This document shows positions 55,566-63,615 of a stretch of 64,000 nt of DNA, piece after piece. The DNA is taken from NCBI GenBank assembly GCA_035607055.1, contig DATNDC010000129.1, forward strand, positions 8,999 to 72,998, written 5' to 3'. The notes beneath the pieces were generated by a model. The model saw nothing but the letters and a program-made list of their open reading frames with translations. It was not told the origin of the DNA and searched no databases. Position numbers and translations under genes: made by a program. The DNA is from Polyangia bacterium (GTDB lineage Bacteria > Myxococcota_A > Polyangia > Fen-1088). Each line of letters opens with the position of its first letter. Position 1 is the first letter of the stretch.

Positions 55566-58500
55566 CGCGGGAGCCCCGGTGCCTGCCAGCCGCCCCCGTC
55601 GAGATCGAGGAGGAACGGGTTGCTGAACGCCACCGGCCAGACCCCGGGGGCGATCGCCTGCAGGTTGAAGCGCGGATCCGATACGTCGGGAGGCCGCGTC
55701 ACCGCCTCGGAGTCGGGCAGATCGGGGAGGCCGTCCCCGTCGGTGTCGGGCGGCGTGTCTTGGTCGAGCCCTGCCTCGACCACGATCCAGGCGTCCCCGT
55801 GCGCCGGGAGGTTGAAGGACGACAGCGGGATGGACGCGCGGACAGTTTGCGGCTCGGTCCCAAACTGATCTTGGTTCTGGAGGACCATCGACAAGGGGCG
55901 GGTGAAGGCCAGCGTGCCGTTCACGAAGACGCGCAGCTGGGTGATGGGGATCCAGGGCGCGGCGGCGATGGAGAAGTCCAGCGAAGCGGTGGGGCCGACC
56001 GCGAACGACGTGGTGAGGTCGGGTCGATGAACGGCGGCGGGCCCTTGGTTGATGCCGTCACCGATGGTGACGTCGAGGACGGGGCCATTGGTCCCCTCGA
56101 GGTGGCCCGCGCGGACGTCGGCGTCGAACGCAGCGACGTCGAATGGCGGCTGGTCGTGATTTCCCCAGATGAGGTTTCGGGGGTAGCCGATGCGCTCGAC
56201 GGAGAGCGTGTGCGAATCGCTGTTGGCGGTACCGGCGCGCAGGAAGCCCTGATTGAGCAGCGAGAACCAGAGCGCCCGGTAGCGCAGCCAATCGGCGCGC
56301 GAGGCGCCGGTCATCACCTCCTCCACGTCGAAGTCGATGTTGCGGTGCTGCCCGGGGCTCCCGGTCGTCGGATCGGGCGGCCGGCGCGCGAGCGCGTTGG
56401 CGGCGAAGGTGTAGCCGTCGGCCGGCGCGTTCGGGATCGGCCTGGTCGGGTCGTAGCCGATGGCCTTGGCGTAGCCCTGATCGCGTCCGAGCTTGGAGGC
56501 CTGATAGGGGTGATTGAGCTGCCGCACGCCGATGGGGTCGGCGCTGGAGAAAACGCCGTCCATCTCGTCCATCAGCTGGCCCGGCTCGAGCAGCTCGGCC
56601 CAGGGGGCGCCGTTGCGGGTGCTGAAGAAGTCGGGGGCCAGCGGCCAGAAGTTGAAGTGCCCGAGCGTCTTGGGGAACGTGTCGCCCGGGACGTAGTACC
56701 AGAGGATGTTCGGCGTTTGCTCGACGCCGGGGATCACCGTGATGGCGCTGTTCATCCCCGGCATCATGGCCAGCGTGCTCTGGTAGTTGGTCACCACGTT
56801 GTGGTCGGTCGCGATGATCACGTCGACGCCGGTGGCCAGGAAGCTGACCACCCGATCGAAGTCGGGGATCGCCGAATCGAAGCTGGCGCCGCCGTGCACG
56901 TGGAAGTCGCCGGAGACGACGCCCTGCGGGAGCAGCTGGGCGGTCAGCGATTCGACGACCAGCGTGAGCGCCACCGACATCCCCGGCTGCAGCGTGACCT
57001 GGGCCTGCCCGAGGCTGGCGAACGGTCCTCGCGTTCCGTAGACGTAGTAGGCCCCGGGCGGGAGCGCGACCTGGAAGTGGCCGGTGGTGGTCAGCGCGCG
57101 GTTGCAGGCGGGCGAGCCGCCGTCCGGCGGCCCGAGCAGCGGCGCGCAGCCGGGAAACAGACTGTACATGCTGGGAACGGCCGCGCCGGAGTTGGCGGGA
57201 TCGTCGACGGGGATGACCACCAGCTCGGCGGCGAAGGCCGGCACGCCCGGCGAGGACTGGATGTCGACGGTCAGCTGCGCCGAGCCGGTGATCGTCAGAT
57301 CGCCGATCGGCGCGTCGGTCGAGCCGACGATGAACGAGCTCGGCGGCGCCGCGGGGACACCGAAGGCGTACGGCTGCACCCGGTAGCTGCGGTTGGGCGG
57401 CAGCGTGGCCGAGAAGCTGCCGTCGCCGGCGGGGACCACCTCGGTCCAGGGGATGACGTGGGCCGGGTCGTCGATGTTGGGCGGCGGCGCGGGCTCGTAG
57501 AAGAGCAACGACGCCGCCAGCCCGGACTGGGGGTCGACCGGCGCGCCGTTCACCACCACGCGGCCGGTCACCGTGACGGCGGGCGGGTCGCCGTGCACGC
57601 GCGCGCGGACGCGGAGCGCCTCGTCCACCGCCGCGGAGAGCCCGGGCCCCGGCGCCGCCAGGATGAACCGTTCGAAGTGAAAGCCGTCGCCCGACTGCGT
57701 GACGCCGAGCGGGACGCCGGAGGCCGTGAGCGTCGAGCTGTTGAACCCGGCCCCCTGCCCCCGATCGCAGGGCACGGCCGCATACGACACATAGGGGGTG
57801 GACTGCGATCGCGCTGCGAGAAAAGGCCACTGCCGCCAGGCCTGGTCGAGGTGCAGCAGGTCGAGCGGGGGTTCGACGAAGCCGAGCCCCTCCCCCGGCA
57901 CGAACGGCAGAAGGCCGTTGTCGCCCCAGAAGAAACCGTCGGTCAGGTACAGCGTGTTCGCGCTCGGGGCCCCGTTGTAGAGATCGGTGCGGACGCGGAC
58001 GCCGGGCTCGCAGGGCCGGACCTCGTAGCGGGTCACCACGGTGACGCGGGCGTCACCTTCGAGGTGGCCGCGAAAGATCACCGCCTCGTAGGCGCCCGGC
58101 GCCGCCGGATCGAGGCCGGGATCGAGGATGGCGGCGGTCTCGTAGTGGACGGCGTCGCGCGGGAGGACGCCCGCCGCGTGGTAGATGGCGTTGGTCTGGT
58201 CGCCGCCCCCCGTCCCGAGCAGGGCCAGATCCAGGATCGCGCCGCCGCTGGGCGCCAGGTAGTGGGGGTGGTCGGGGGCGTCGAGCACGACGCGGACGAG
58301 GTCGTTCTCCAGCAGATAGTCCCCCTCGGCGGCGAGCGACTTCGGACCGGAGACCCGCTCGGAGTCCCCGGAGCTGATGACCTCGGCGCGCAGCGCGGGC
58401 GCCGCGCACGCGGGGTACGCCAGCGCCGGGCAGGCCGGCGGCGGCAGGCAGCTCCCGTCGTCGCCGCCCACGCACCCGTCCCGGTGGCACCCCGCGATGA

Positions 58501-58576
58501 TCGCCCCACCTGCCACGACCAGGGCGAAGACGATCCCGTCAGCGAAGGTGGGCTTGGAAGCCGGCGGGCGCTTCAT
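55562..58576 (-). CDS. Large lipoprotein with PHP (CehA/McbA-like metallohydrolase) domain
   Basis: Lipobox VVAGGAIIAGC. GDFHVHGGASFDSAIPDFDRVVSFLATGVDVIIATDHNVV is the PHP His-rich motif, with later GHFNFWP and QLNHPY. The C-terminal DTDGDGLPD is a Ca-binding-like motif. Confidence 0.7.
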   Translation of the reverse strand: MKRPPASKPTFADGIVFALVVAGGAIIAGCHRDGCVGGDDGSCLPPPACPALAYPACAAPALRAEVISSGDSERVSGPKSLAAEGDYLLENDLVRVVLDAPDHPHYLAPSGGAILDLALLGTGGGDQTNAIYHAAGVLPRDAVHYETAAILDPGLDPAAPGAYEAVIFRGHLEGDARVTVVTRYEVRPCEPGVRVRTDLYNGAPSANTLYLTDGFFWGDNGLLPFVPGEGLGFVEPPLDLLHLDQAWRQWPFLAARSQSTPYVSYAAVPCDRGQGAGFNSSTLTASGVPLGVTQSGDGFHFERFILAAPGPGLSAAVDEALRVRARVHGDPPAVTVTGRVVVNGAPVDPQSGLAASLLFYEPAPPPNIDDPAHVIPWTEVVPAGDGSFSATLPPNRSYRVQPYAFGVPAAPPSSFIVGSTDAPIGDLTITGSAQLTVDIQSSPGVPAFAAELVVIPVDDPANSGAAVPSMYSLFPGCAPLLGPPDGGSPACNRALTTTGHFQVALPPGAYYVYGTRGPFASLGQAQVTLQPGMSVALTLVVESLTAQLLPQGVVSGDFHVHGGASFDSAIPDFDRVVSFLATGVDVIIATDHNVVTNYQSTLAMMPGMNSAITVIPGVEQTPNILWYYVPGDTFPKTLGHFNFWPLAPDFFSTRNGAPWAELLEPGQLMDEMDGVFSSADPIGVRQLNHPYQASKLGRDQGYAKAIGYDPTRPIPNAPADGYTFAANALARRPPDPTTGSPGQHRNIDFDVEEVMTGASRADWLRYRALWFSLLNQGFLRAGTANSDSHTLSVERIGYPRNLIWGNHDQPPFDVAAFDADVRAGHLEGTNGPVLDVTIGDGINQGPAAVHRPDLTTSFAVGPTASLDFSIAAAPWIPITQLRVFVNGTLAFTRPLSMVLQNQDQFGTEPQTVRASIPLSSFNLPAHGDAWIVVEAGLDQDTPPDTDGDGLPDLPDSEAVTRPPDVSDPRFNLQAIAPGVWPVAFSNPFLLDLDGGGWQAPGLPR

Positions 58577-58621
58577 CGCGCCCGCATCCTACTTCCGATT
58601 TCTTCCGATCTCGCGGCTCCC

Positions 58622-59281
58622 TTAGCCTTTGCCTGCCGCGGCGGCGGCCTGGGCCGGCGCCGCGCTGGGGGGCGCGCTGGCCGCCGGGGCGCTGGGAGGC
58701 GCGCTGGCCGGCGGGGCGCTGGGCGGACGGCTCGGCCCCGGCCCCGGACCCGCGGGCGGACCGCTGGAGGGGCTGGGGGCGCGGATGACGCCGCCGCGCG
58801 GACCGATGACCATGACCATGCGGCGCCCTTCCATCATCGGGCGCTGCTCGACCATCGCCACGTCACCGACCGTCTTGACGACCGAGTCGAGCATCGCCTG
58901 CCCGGTCTCGGGGTGGACGATCTCGCGGCCGCGGAAGACGATCACCAGCTTGCACTTGTTCCCCTCGGCGAGGAACCGGCGGATGTGCTTCACCTTGAAG
59001 TCGAAGTCGTGCTCATCCGTCTTGGGGCGGAGCTTGATCTCTTTCAAGACGATCGTCGATTGATGGCGGCGCGAGGCCTTCTCCTTCTTCGACGTCTCGT
59101 ACTTGAACTTGCCGAAGTCCATGATCTTGCAAACCGGCGGCGCTGCGCGCGGGTTCACCTCGACCAGCTCGAGGCCGGCCTCTTCGGCGAGCTTCAGAGC
59201 CTCGTGCGTGGGAATCACGCCGATTTGGGCGCCGTCGGCGCCGATCACGCGAACCTCCGGCACTCGGATGCGGCGGCCCAC
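58622..59281 (-). CDS. infC: Translation initiation factor IF-3 with Pro/Ala/Ser-rich C-terminal extension
   Basis: VRVIGADGAQIGVIPTHEALKLAEEAGLELVEVNPRAAPPVCKIMDFGKFKYE. GTG start. Roughly 55 extra C-terminal residues (PSPSSGPPAGPGPGPSRPPSAPPASAPPSAPAASAPPSAAPAQAAAAAGKG). Confidence 0.93.
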   Translation of the reverse strand: MGRRIRVPEVRVIGADGAQIGVIPTHEALKLAEEAGLELVEVNPRAAPPVCKIMDFGKFKYETSKKEKASRRHQSTIVLKEIKLRPKTDEHDFDFKVKHIRRFLAEGNKCKLVIVFRGREIVHPETGQAMLDSVVKTVGDVAMVEQRPMMEGRRMVMVIGPRGGVIRAPSPSSGPPAGPGPGPSRPPSAPPASAPPSAPAASAPPSAAPAQAAAAAGKG

Positions 59282-59367
59282 TCGGTAGTTGTCCGTCGCG
59301 CTTGGGGGGGCTTGATTGAATGGCCTTGGGATGTTCTTTCTCCTGGTTCGGGGTGGTTAAGCGAAGC

Positions 59368-61227
59368 TCAGCTCATTGTAATGCCGGCGGGCGCCTGGGG
59401 ATCCCCACCGACCTTCGGAATTTTCGCCTCGGCGGCCAGCTGCCGCGCGAAGTCGTCCAGCGGCATGGCGGGCAGCTGCTTCCCCTCGCGGGTGCGTGGA
59501 GAAACCACATGAGCCGCCATGTCCTTTTCGCCGACCACGACCTGGTAGGGGATCTTCTCGAGCGTGGCCCGTCGAATTTTCGCGCCCAGCTTGTCCGCGG
59601 CCAGGTCGGCCTCGACCCGGGCGCCCTCGGCCTGGAGCCGGGCCACCACCTCCCGAGCGTAGGCCTCGGCCTTCTCGCTCACCGTGAGGACCCGGGCCTG
59701 GACCGGCGCCAGCCACAAGGGGAACGCCCCTGCGTAGTGCTCGATGAGCACGGCGATGAAACGCTCGATGGAGCCGAACAGCGCCCGGTGGATCATGACC
59801 GGACGCTGGCGTGAGCCATCGTGCGCCACATACTCGAGCTGAAAGCGCTGGGGCAGCTGGAGATCGAGCTGGAAGGTCCCGCACTGCCACTCCCGCCCGA
59901 GGGCGTCGCGGATCTTGAGGTCGATCTTCGGTCCGTAGAACGCCCCGCCCCCCTCATCCACCTCGAACGGCCGGCCGGTCGCCTCCAGCGACTGGCGAAT
60001 CGCCGTCTCGGCCATGTCCCACAGCGCCGGCTCGCCCATGAAGCTCTCCGGGCGGGTTGAAAGGAAAAGCTTGATGTCCCCGAAGCCGAACAGGTCGAGG
60101 ATGTCGAGCGCGAAGCGCACGCAGCCGCCCATCTCGTCCGGGATCTGGTCCTCGCGAAGGAACAGGTGGCCGTCGTCCTGGGTGAACCCGCGCACGCGCA
60201 AGAGCCCGTGCAGCACCCCGGAGCGCTCGTAGCGGTAGACCGTGCCGAGCTCCGAGTAGCGAATCGGCAGGTCGCGGTAAGAGCGCATCTGCGACCGGTA
60301 GATCGCGATGTGCATCGGGCAGTTCATCGGCTTGACGAGGTAGCGCTGGCCTTCCAGCTCCATCCCGCCGAACAGGTTCTCGTTGTAGTGCGCGAGGTGG
60401 CCCGAGGTCTCGAGCAGCTTCTCCCGCGCGATGTGCGGGCTATAGACCGGCTGGTAGCCGCGCCGGAGCACCTCGCGCCGGATCAGGTCCTCCAGGATCT
60501 GGCGGACCATCGCCCCCTTGGGGTGCCAGAGCGCGACCCCGGGGCCGACCAGCTCGTCGAACGAGAACAGGTCGAGCTCGCGCCCCAGCGTCCGGTGGTC
60601 GCGCTTCTTCGCCTCCTCGATCCGGTGCAGGAACTCGTCGAGCTCGGCCTGCGAGCCGAACGCCGTCCCGTAGACGCGCTGGAGCTGCGGGTTTCGCTCG
60701 TCGCCACGCCAGTAAGCGCCGGCGAACGAGAGCACCTTGAACGCCTTGATGTCACCCGTCCGCTCGACGTGCGGCCCGCGGCAGAGGTCGATGAAGTCGC
60801 CGTGCTGGAAGTACGAGACCTCTTCCCCCTCCGGGATCGATTCGATGATCTCGACCTTGTACTTCTCGCCGCGCGAGCGGAAGCGCTCCAGCGCTTCGGC
60901 GCGCGAGACGACGTTTCGCTCGAACGGCGCGTTCTCGGCGATGATCTTCTTCATCTCCGCTTCGATCCGCGCCGCGTCCTCGGGCGCGAACGGCTCGGTG
61001 TCGAAGTCGTAGTAGAACCCCGTCTCGATCGACGGCCCGATCGCCACCTTGGCGTTCGGACGCAGCCGCCGCACGGCGTCCGCCATCACGTGCGATGCCG
61101 AGTGCCGCATCCTCGACAAGGGATCGTCCGGAACGTCCCCCTTGTCGCGCGGGCGCACGACCTTCTTCTCCCTTTCAGCGCTCACGCGGAAAGCATAGCC
61201 GCAGGCACCCCGCCCGTTCCCAACCAA
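59368..61227 (-). CDS. thrS: Threonine--tRNA ligase (no N-terminal TGS domain)
   Basis: Editing-domain HSASHVMA lies only ~30-45 aa from any possible start. Class II core (RGFTQDDGHLF, FYGPKID) and anticodon-binding domain are present. Start candidates are TTG 61227, GTG 61185 and GTG 61158; the last follows GGGAG by 9 nt. Confidence 0.95.
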   Translation of the reverse strand: MVGNGRGACGYAFRVSAEREKKVVRPRDKGDVPDDPLSRMRHSASHVMADAVRRLRPNAKVAIGPSIETGFYYDFDTEPFAPEDAARIEAEMKKIIAENAPFERNVVSRAEALERFRSRGEKYKVEIIESIPEGEEVSYFQHGDFIDLCRGPHVERTGDIKAFKVLSFAGAYWRGDERNPQLQRVYGTAFGSQAELDEFLHRIEEAKKRDHRTLGRELDLFSFDELVGPGVALWHPKGAMVRQILEDLIRREVLRRGYQPVYSPHIAREKLLETSGHLAHYNENLFGGMELEGQRYLVKPMNCPMHIAIYRSQMRSYRDLPIRYSELGTVYRYERSGVLHGLLRVRGFTQDDGHLFLREDQIPDEMGGCVRFALDILDLFGFGDIKLFLSTRPESFMGEPALWDMAETAIRQSLEATGRPFEVDEGGGAFYGPKIDLKIRDALGREWQCGTFQLDLQLPQRFQLEYVAHDGSRQRPVMIHRALFGSIERFIAVLIEHYAGAFPLWLAPVQARVLTVSEKAEAYAREVVARLQAEGARVEADLAADKLGAKIRRATLEKIPYQVVVGEKDMAAHVVSPRTREGKQLPAMPLDDFARQLAAEAKIPKVGGDPQAPAGITMS

Positions 61228-61288
61228 ACAGCAACGAAATCACCCCGCCCAATCCAAACGCCCCGCCCGCTTCGCCCAATCGAGCGGA

Positions 61289-61421
61289 GAGGGTTCCCAT
61301 CGATCGCGTGAGCGGAGGCGAGCTTTGCTCGCCGGAGCTCGTCGCGGGAGGGTTTGGGAACCCTCCCAGGGTTCCCATCTGTCCGGGAGGGTTTGGGAAC
61401 CCTCCCAGGGTTCCCATCTGT
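61289..61421 (+). repeat. Intergenic repeat family, copy C: full 72-nt unit (61305-61376) plus a 39-nt tandem duplication of its 3' module
   Basis: The unit is cgcgtgagcggaGGCGAGCtttGCTCGCCggagctcgtcgcGGGAGGGTTtGGGAACCCTCCCAGGGTTCCC. The module gggagggtttgggaaccctcccagggttcccatctgt occurs at 61346-61382 and again at 61385-61421. An extra agggttcccatc lies at 61289-61300. Confidence 0.9.
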
Positions 61422-61423
61422 AC

Positions 61424-61498
<75 letters not shown>

Positions 61499-61616
61499 GG
61501 GATGTTCTTGTTCCGAGTCCGACGATTTCGATTCGGCGTACGTTACGGCTCCCGCGCGCACTGTCAAGCGAAAGAAGCCGGCGGTTCTCCGTGAGTTGGG
61601 CCCCGCGCGCGCGATC

Positions 61617-63506
61617 CTAGCCGCTTCTCTGGCGGCGGCGGTCGCGGGTCAGGATCACGGTGAGCGCGAGGAGGGTCGCGGCGAAGAGCAGCAGGCCGGC
61701 GATGAGGCCGGGCGGGCGGTAGGAGAGCTCGACGGTCTCGTCGCCTCCTCGCAGTGGGACGGCGACCAGACCCCGCCAGCTCTCGGCCGAGGTCGCGCCG
61801 GCATGCCAGCCGGGACCGGCGTTCATGTCGTAGACGAGGCGATCGCCCGAGGCGGCGCCCGTCACGCGGACGGTGATCGCGTTCGGTGTCCAGCGCGTCA
61901 CCTCCGCGCGCCCGGCGCCGCTCGCCAGGAAAACCAGCCCCTTGTACTGGGGTTGATCGCTGCCGACGACGGGGCTGTGCGTGGCCTCCGGCGGGATGCC
62001 GTAGCAGGTCACCATCCCCGTGTTGGCGCGCATCGACGGGTAGATGATCTTGGACGGCCACTCGTACCGATCGCGCAGCGCGGGACCGACCGCCGGCTTG
62101 CCGTAGACGTAGTGCTGGGACTTCTCCTGATGGAACTCGGCGCTGCGGGTGACGGGCGGGACCTCGAGGTGGAACGGCGCCACCGTCGCCTGGCGCGACA
62201 CGACGGCCAGATCGATCCCGTAGAGGGTGACCACCGCCAACCCGAGCACCTCGGCCCAGCGGCGCCGGCGGGCGAACCGCGCCCAGGGCTCGTCCGCGGC
62301 CGCGGCCAGCACCAGCGCCAGGAGCAGGACGGCCAGAAAGAGGAGCCGCGCCGGCAGGTGCTGCGAGCTGAACAGCGGCAGCCGGTGGACCAGCGACCAG
62401 ATCGACTGGCCGAGCGAGAGGATCACGCAGCAGATCGCCGCCACCTTGAGCGACACGAGGCGCGGCGTCCAGCCGACCGCCAGCGCCGCGATCAGCGCCA
62501 GCGCGCCGGCGACGCCGACGTAGGCCCCCCACTCCCACCAGACCCAGAAGACCCGCAGCGGCAGGTGCGGGTAGAAGTCGAACCCCTGCTGGTGCGCGGT
62601 CAGCATGATCCAGACCGAGCGCAGCGACACCGGCTCGTTCGATTCGATGATCCGCGGATAGCGCGACATGGTCGACAGCGCGGGCAGCAGCTTGGGCGCC
62701 GCCAGGCCGATGCCGGTGAACATCGACAGCAGAAAGAGCGCCAGCGGCCGCCGGTTGCGCGCGGCGATGGCCCGCCCGAGCGCGTAGAGCCAGAGCACCA
62801 TCAGCGTGTGCGGGTACGGGTAGATGCCGCCCACGTAGATGATGAGCGCCAGCATCGCCCCGGCCGCCGCCGCCAGGTCGCGGCGATCTTCTTCCACCCC
62901 TCGGTCGAGGAAGTAGATGGCGAACGGCGTCCAGGCGTAGGCGAGGTGCCACATGTGTCCGGAGGCGATCTGCAGCGCCCAGCGGCTGCAGAGGATCCAG
63001 GTCGCGGCGACGAACGCGCGCCAGGCCGGGCTGCGGGTGAACCGCCCCGCCAAGAGGTAAGCGCCCAGGACGCCGGCGAAGGTGGCCGCCACCGCCTCGA
63101 GGCGCAGCGCCAACGGGAACGGAGCCAAGAGGTAGAACGGCAGCCAGGGCGAGACGAAGTTGGTCGCCCCCTCGACGTAACCCCAGGCAGGGAAGCCGCC
63201 GCAATACCAGGGGTTCCACCAGGGGGCCTGGCCGTGGCGCAGCGCCAGCACCGTCACGTAGCGGTAGGCGGCCTGTGAGTCCCAGTCCTGAAAGCCCATC
63301 GCCCGGACGTCGGCGAAGAAGGGCGCGAACACCCAGAGCGCGAGCAGCAGGACCGGGATGACGCCGGTCCAGGCGATCAGGCGGTCGCGCGGGCGAGGCG
63401 GTTCGAGCACGGGGCGACTTTCGTATGGCTGGGCGATGCGGGCAAGCGGCGAACGTAGACTTGCTCGCCCCGGTGGACGCTGGCAAGATTTCGCCGCTTT
63501 GATCAT
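61617..63506 (-). CDS. Polytopic membrane protein (about 12 or more TM helices plus C-terminal soluble domain), GT-C-like architecture
   Basis: Many hydrophobic helices (VIPVLLLALWVFAPFF, LLAPFPLALRLEAVAATFAGVLGAYLLA, etc.), a C-terminal ~200-aa soluble region and a final TM. Start is ATG 63506 or GTG 63410. Function is not recognisable from motifs. Confidence 0.6.
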   Translation of the reverse strand: MIKAAKSCQRPPGRASLRSPLARIAQPYESRPVLEPPRPRDRLIAWTGVIPVLLLALWVFAPFFADVRAMGFQDWDSQAAYRYVTVLALRHGQAPWWNPWYCGGFPAWGYVEGATNFVSPWLPFYLLAPFPLALRLEAVAATFAGVLGAYLLAGRFTRSPAWRAFVAATWILCSRWALQIASGHMWHLAYAWTPFAIYFLDRGVEEDRRDLAAAAGAMLALIIYVGGIYPYPHTLMVLWLYALGRAIAARNRRPLALFLLSMFTGIGLAAPKLLPALSTMSRYPRIIESNEPVSLRSVWIMLTAHQQGFDFYPHLPLRVFWVWWEWGAYVGVAGALALIAALAVGWTPRLVSLKVAAICCVILSLGQSIWSLVHRLPLFSSQHLPARLLFLAVLLLALVLAAAADEPWARFARRRRWAEVLGLAVVTLYGIDLAVVSRQATVAPFHLEVPPVTRSAEFHQEKSQHYVYGKPAVGPALRDRYEWPSKIIYPSMRANTGMVTCYGIPPEATHSPVVGSDQPQYKGLVFLASGAGRAEVTRWTPNAITVRVTGAASGDRLVYDMNAGPGWHAGATSAESWRGLVAVPLRGGDETVELSYRPPGLIAGLLLFAATLLALTVILTRDRRRQRSG

Positions 63507-63615
63507 GGGCCGCGGCGCGCACCGACCGGCAGGCGCGGCTGGGAGCGCCTGGCGGCAGGCCCTCGCCAACTGGCGCAAGAACTGGCGCAAGAACTGGCGA
63601 GAGTCCGGCGCGACC

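Noticed and set aside
55292-59512. 1406-aa + strand ORF, the longest + ORF in the region, plus the 858-aa (14052..16628), 811-aa (20491..22926), 776-aa (61564..63894), 681-aa (10274..12319) and similar giant ORFs
   Set aside because: Each is antisense to genes with unambiguous motifs (infC, PHP protein, SBP, relA, ABC permease). They show R/G/A/P-dominated composition and no recognisable domains, so they are GC-driven artefacts.
61346-61421. Possible CRISPR-like array, given the two 31-nt identical units with a 39-nt period
   Set aside because: There are only two units separated by an 8-nt spacer, with no cas genes. The same unit occurs singly at other loci, so it is a dispersed palindromic repeat and not a CRISPR array.
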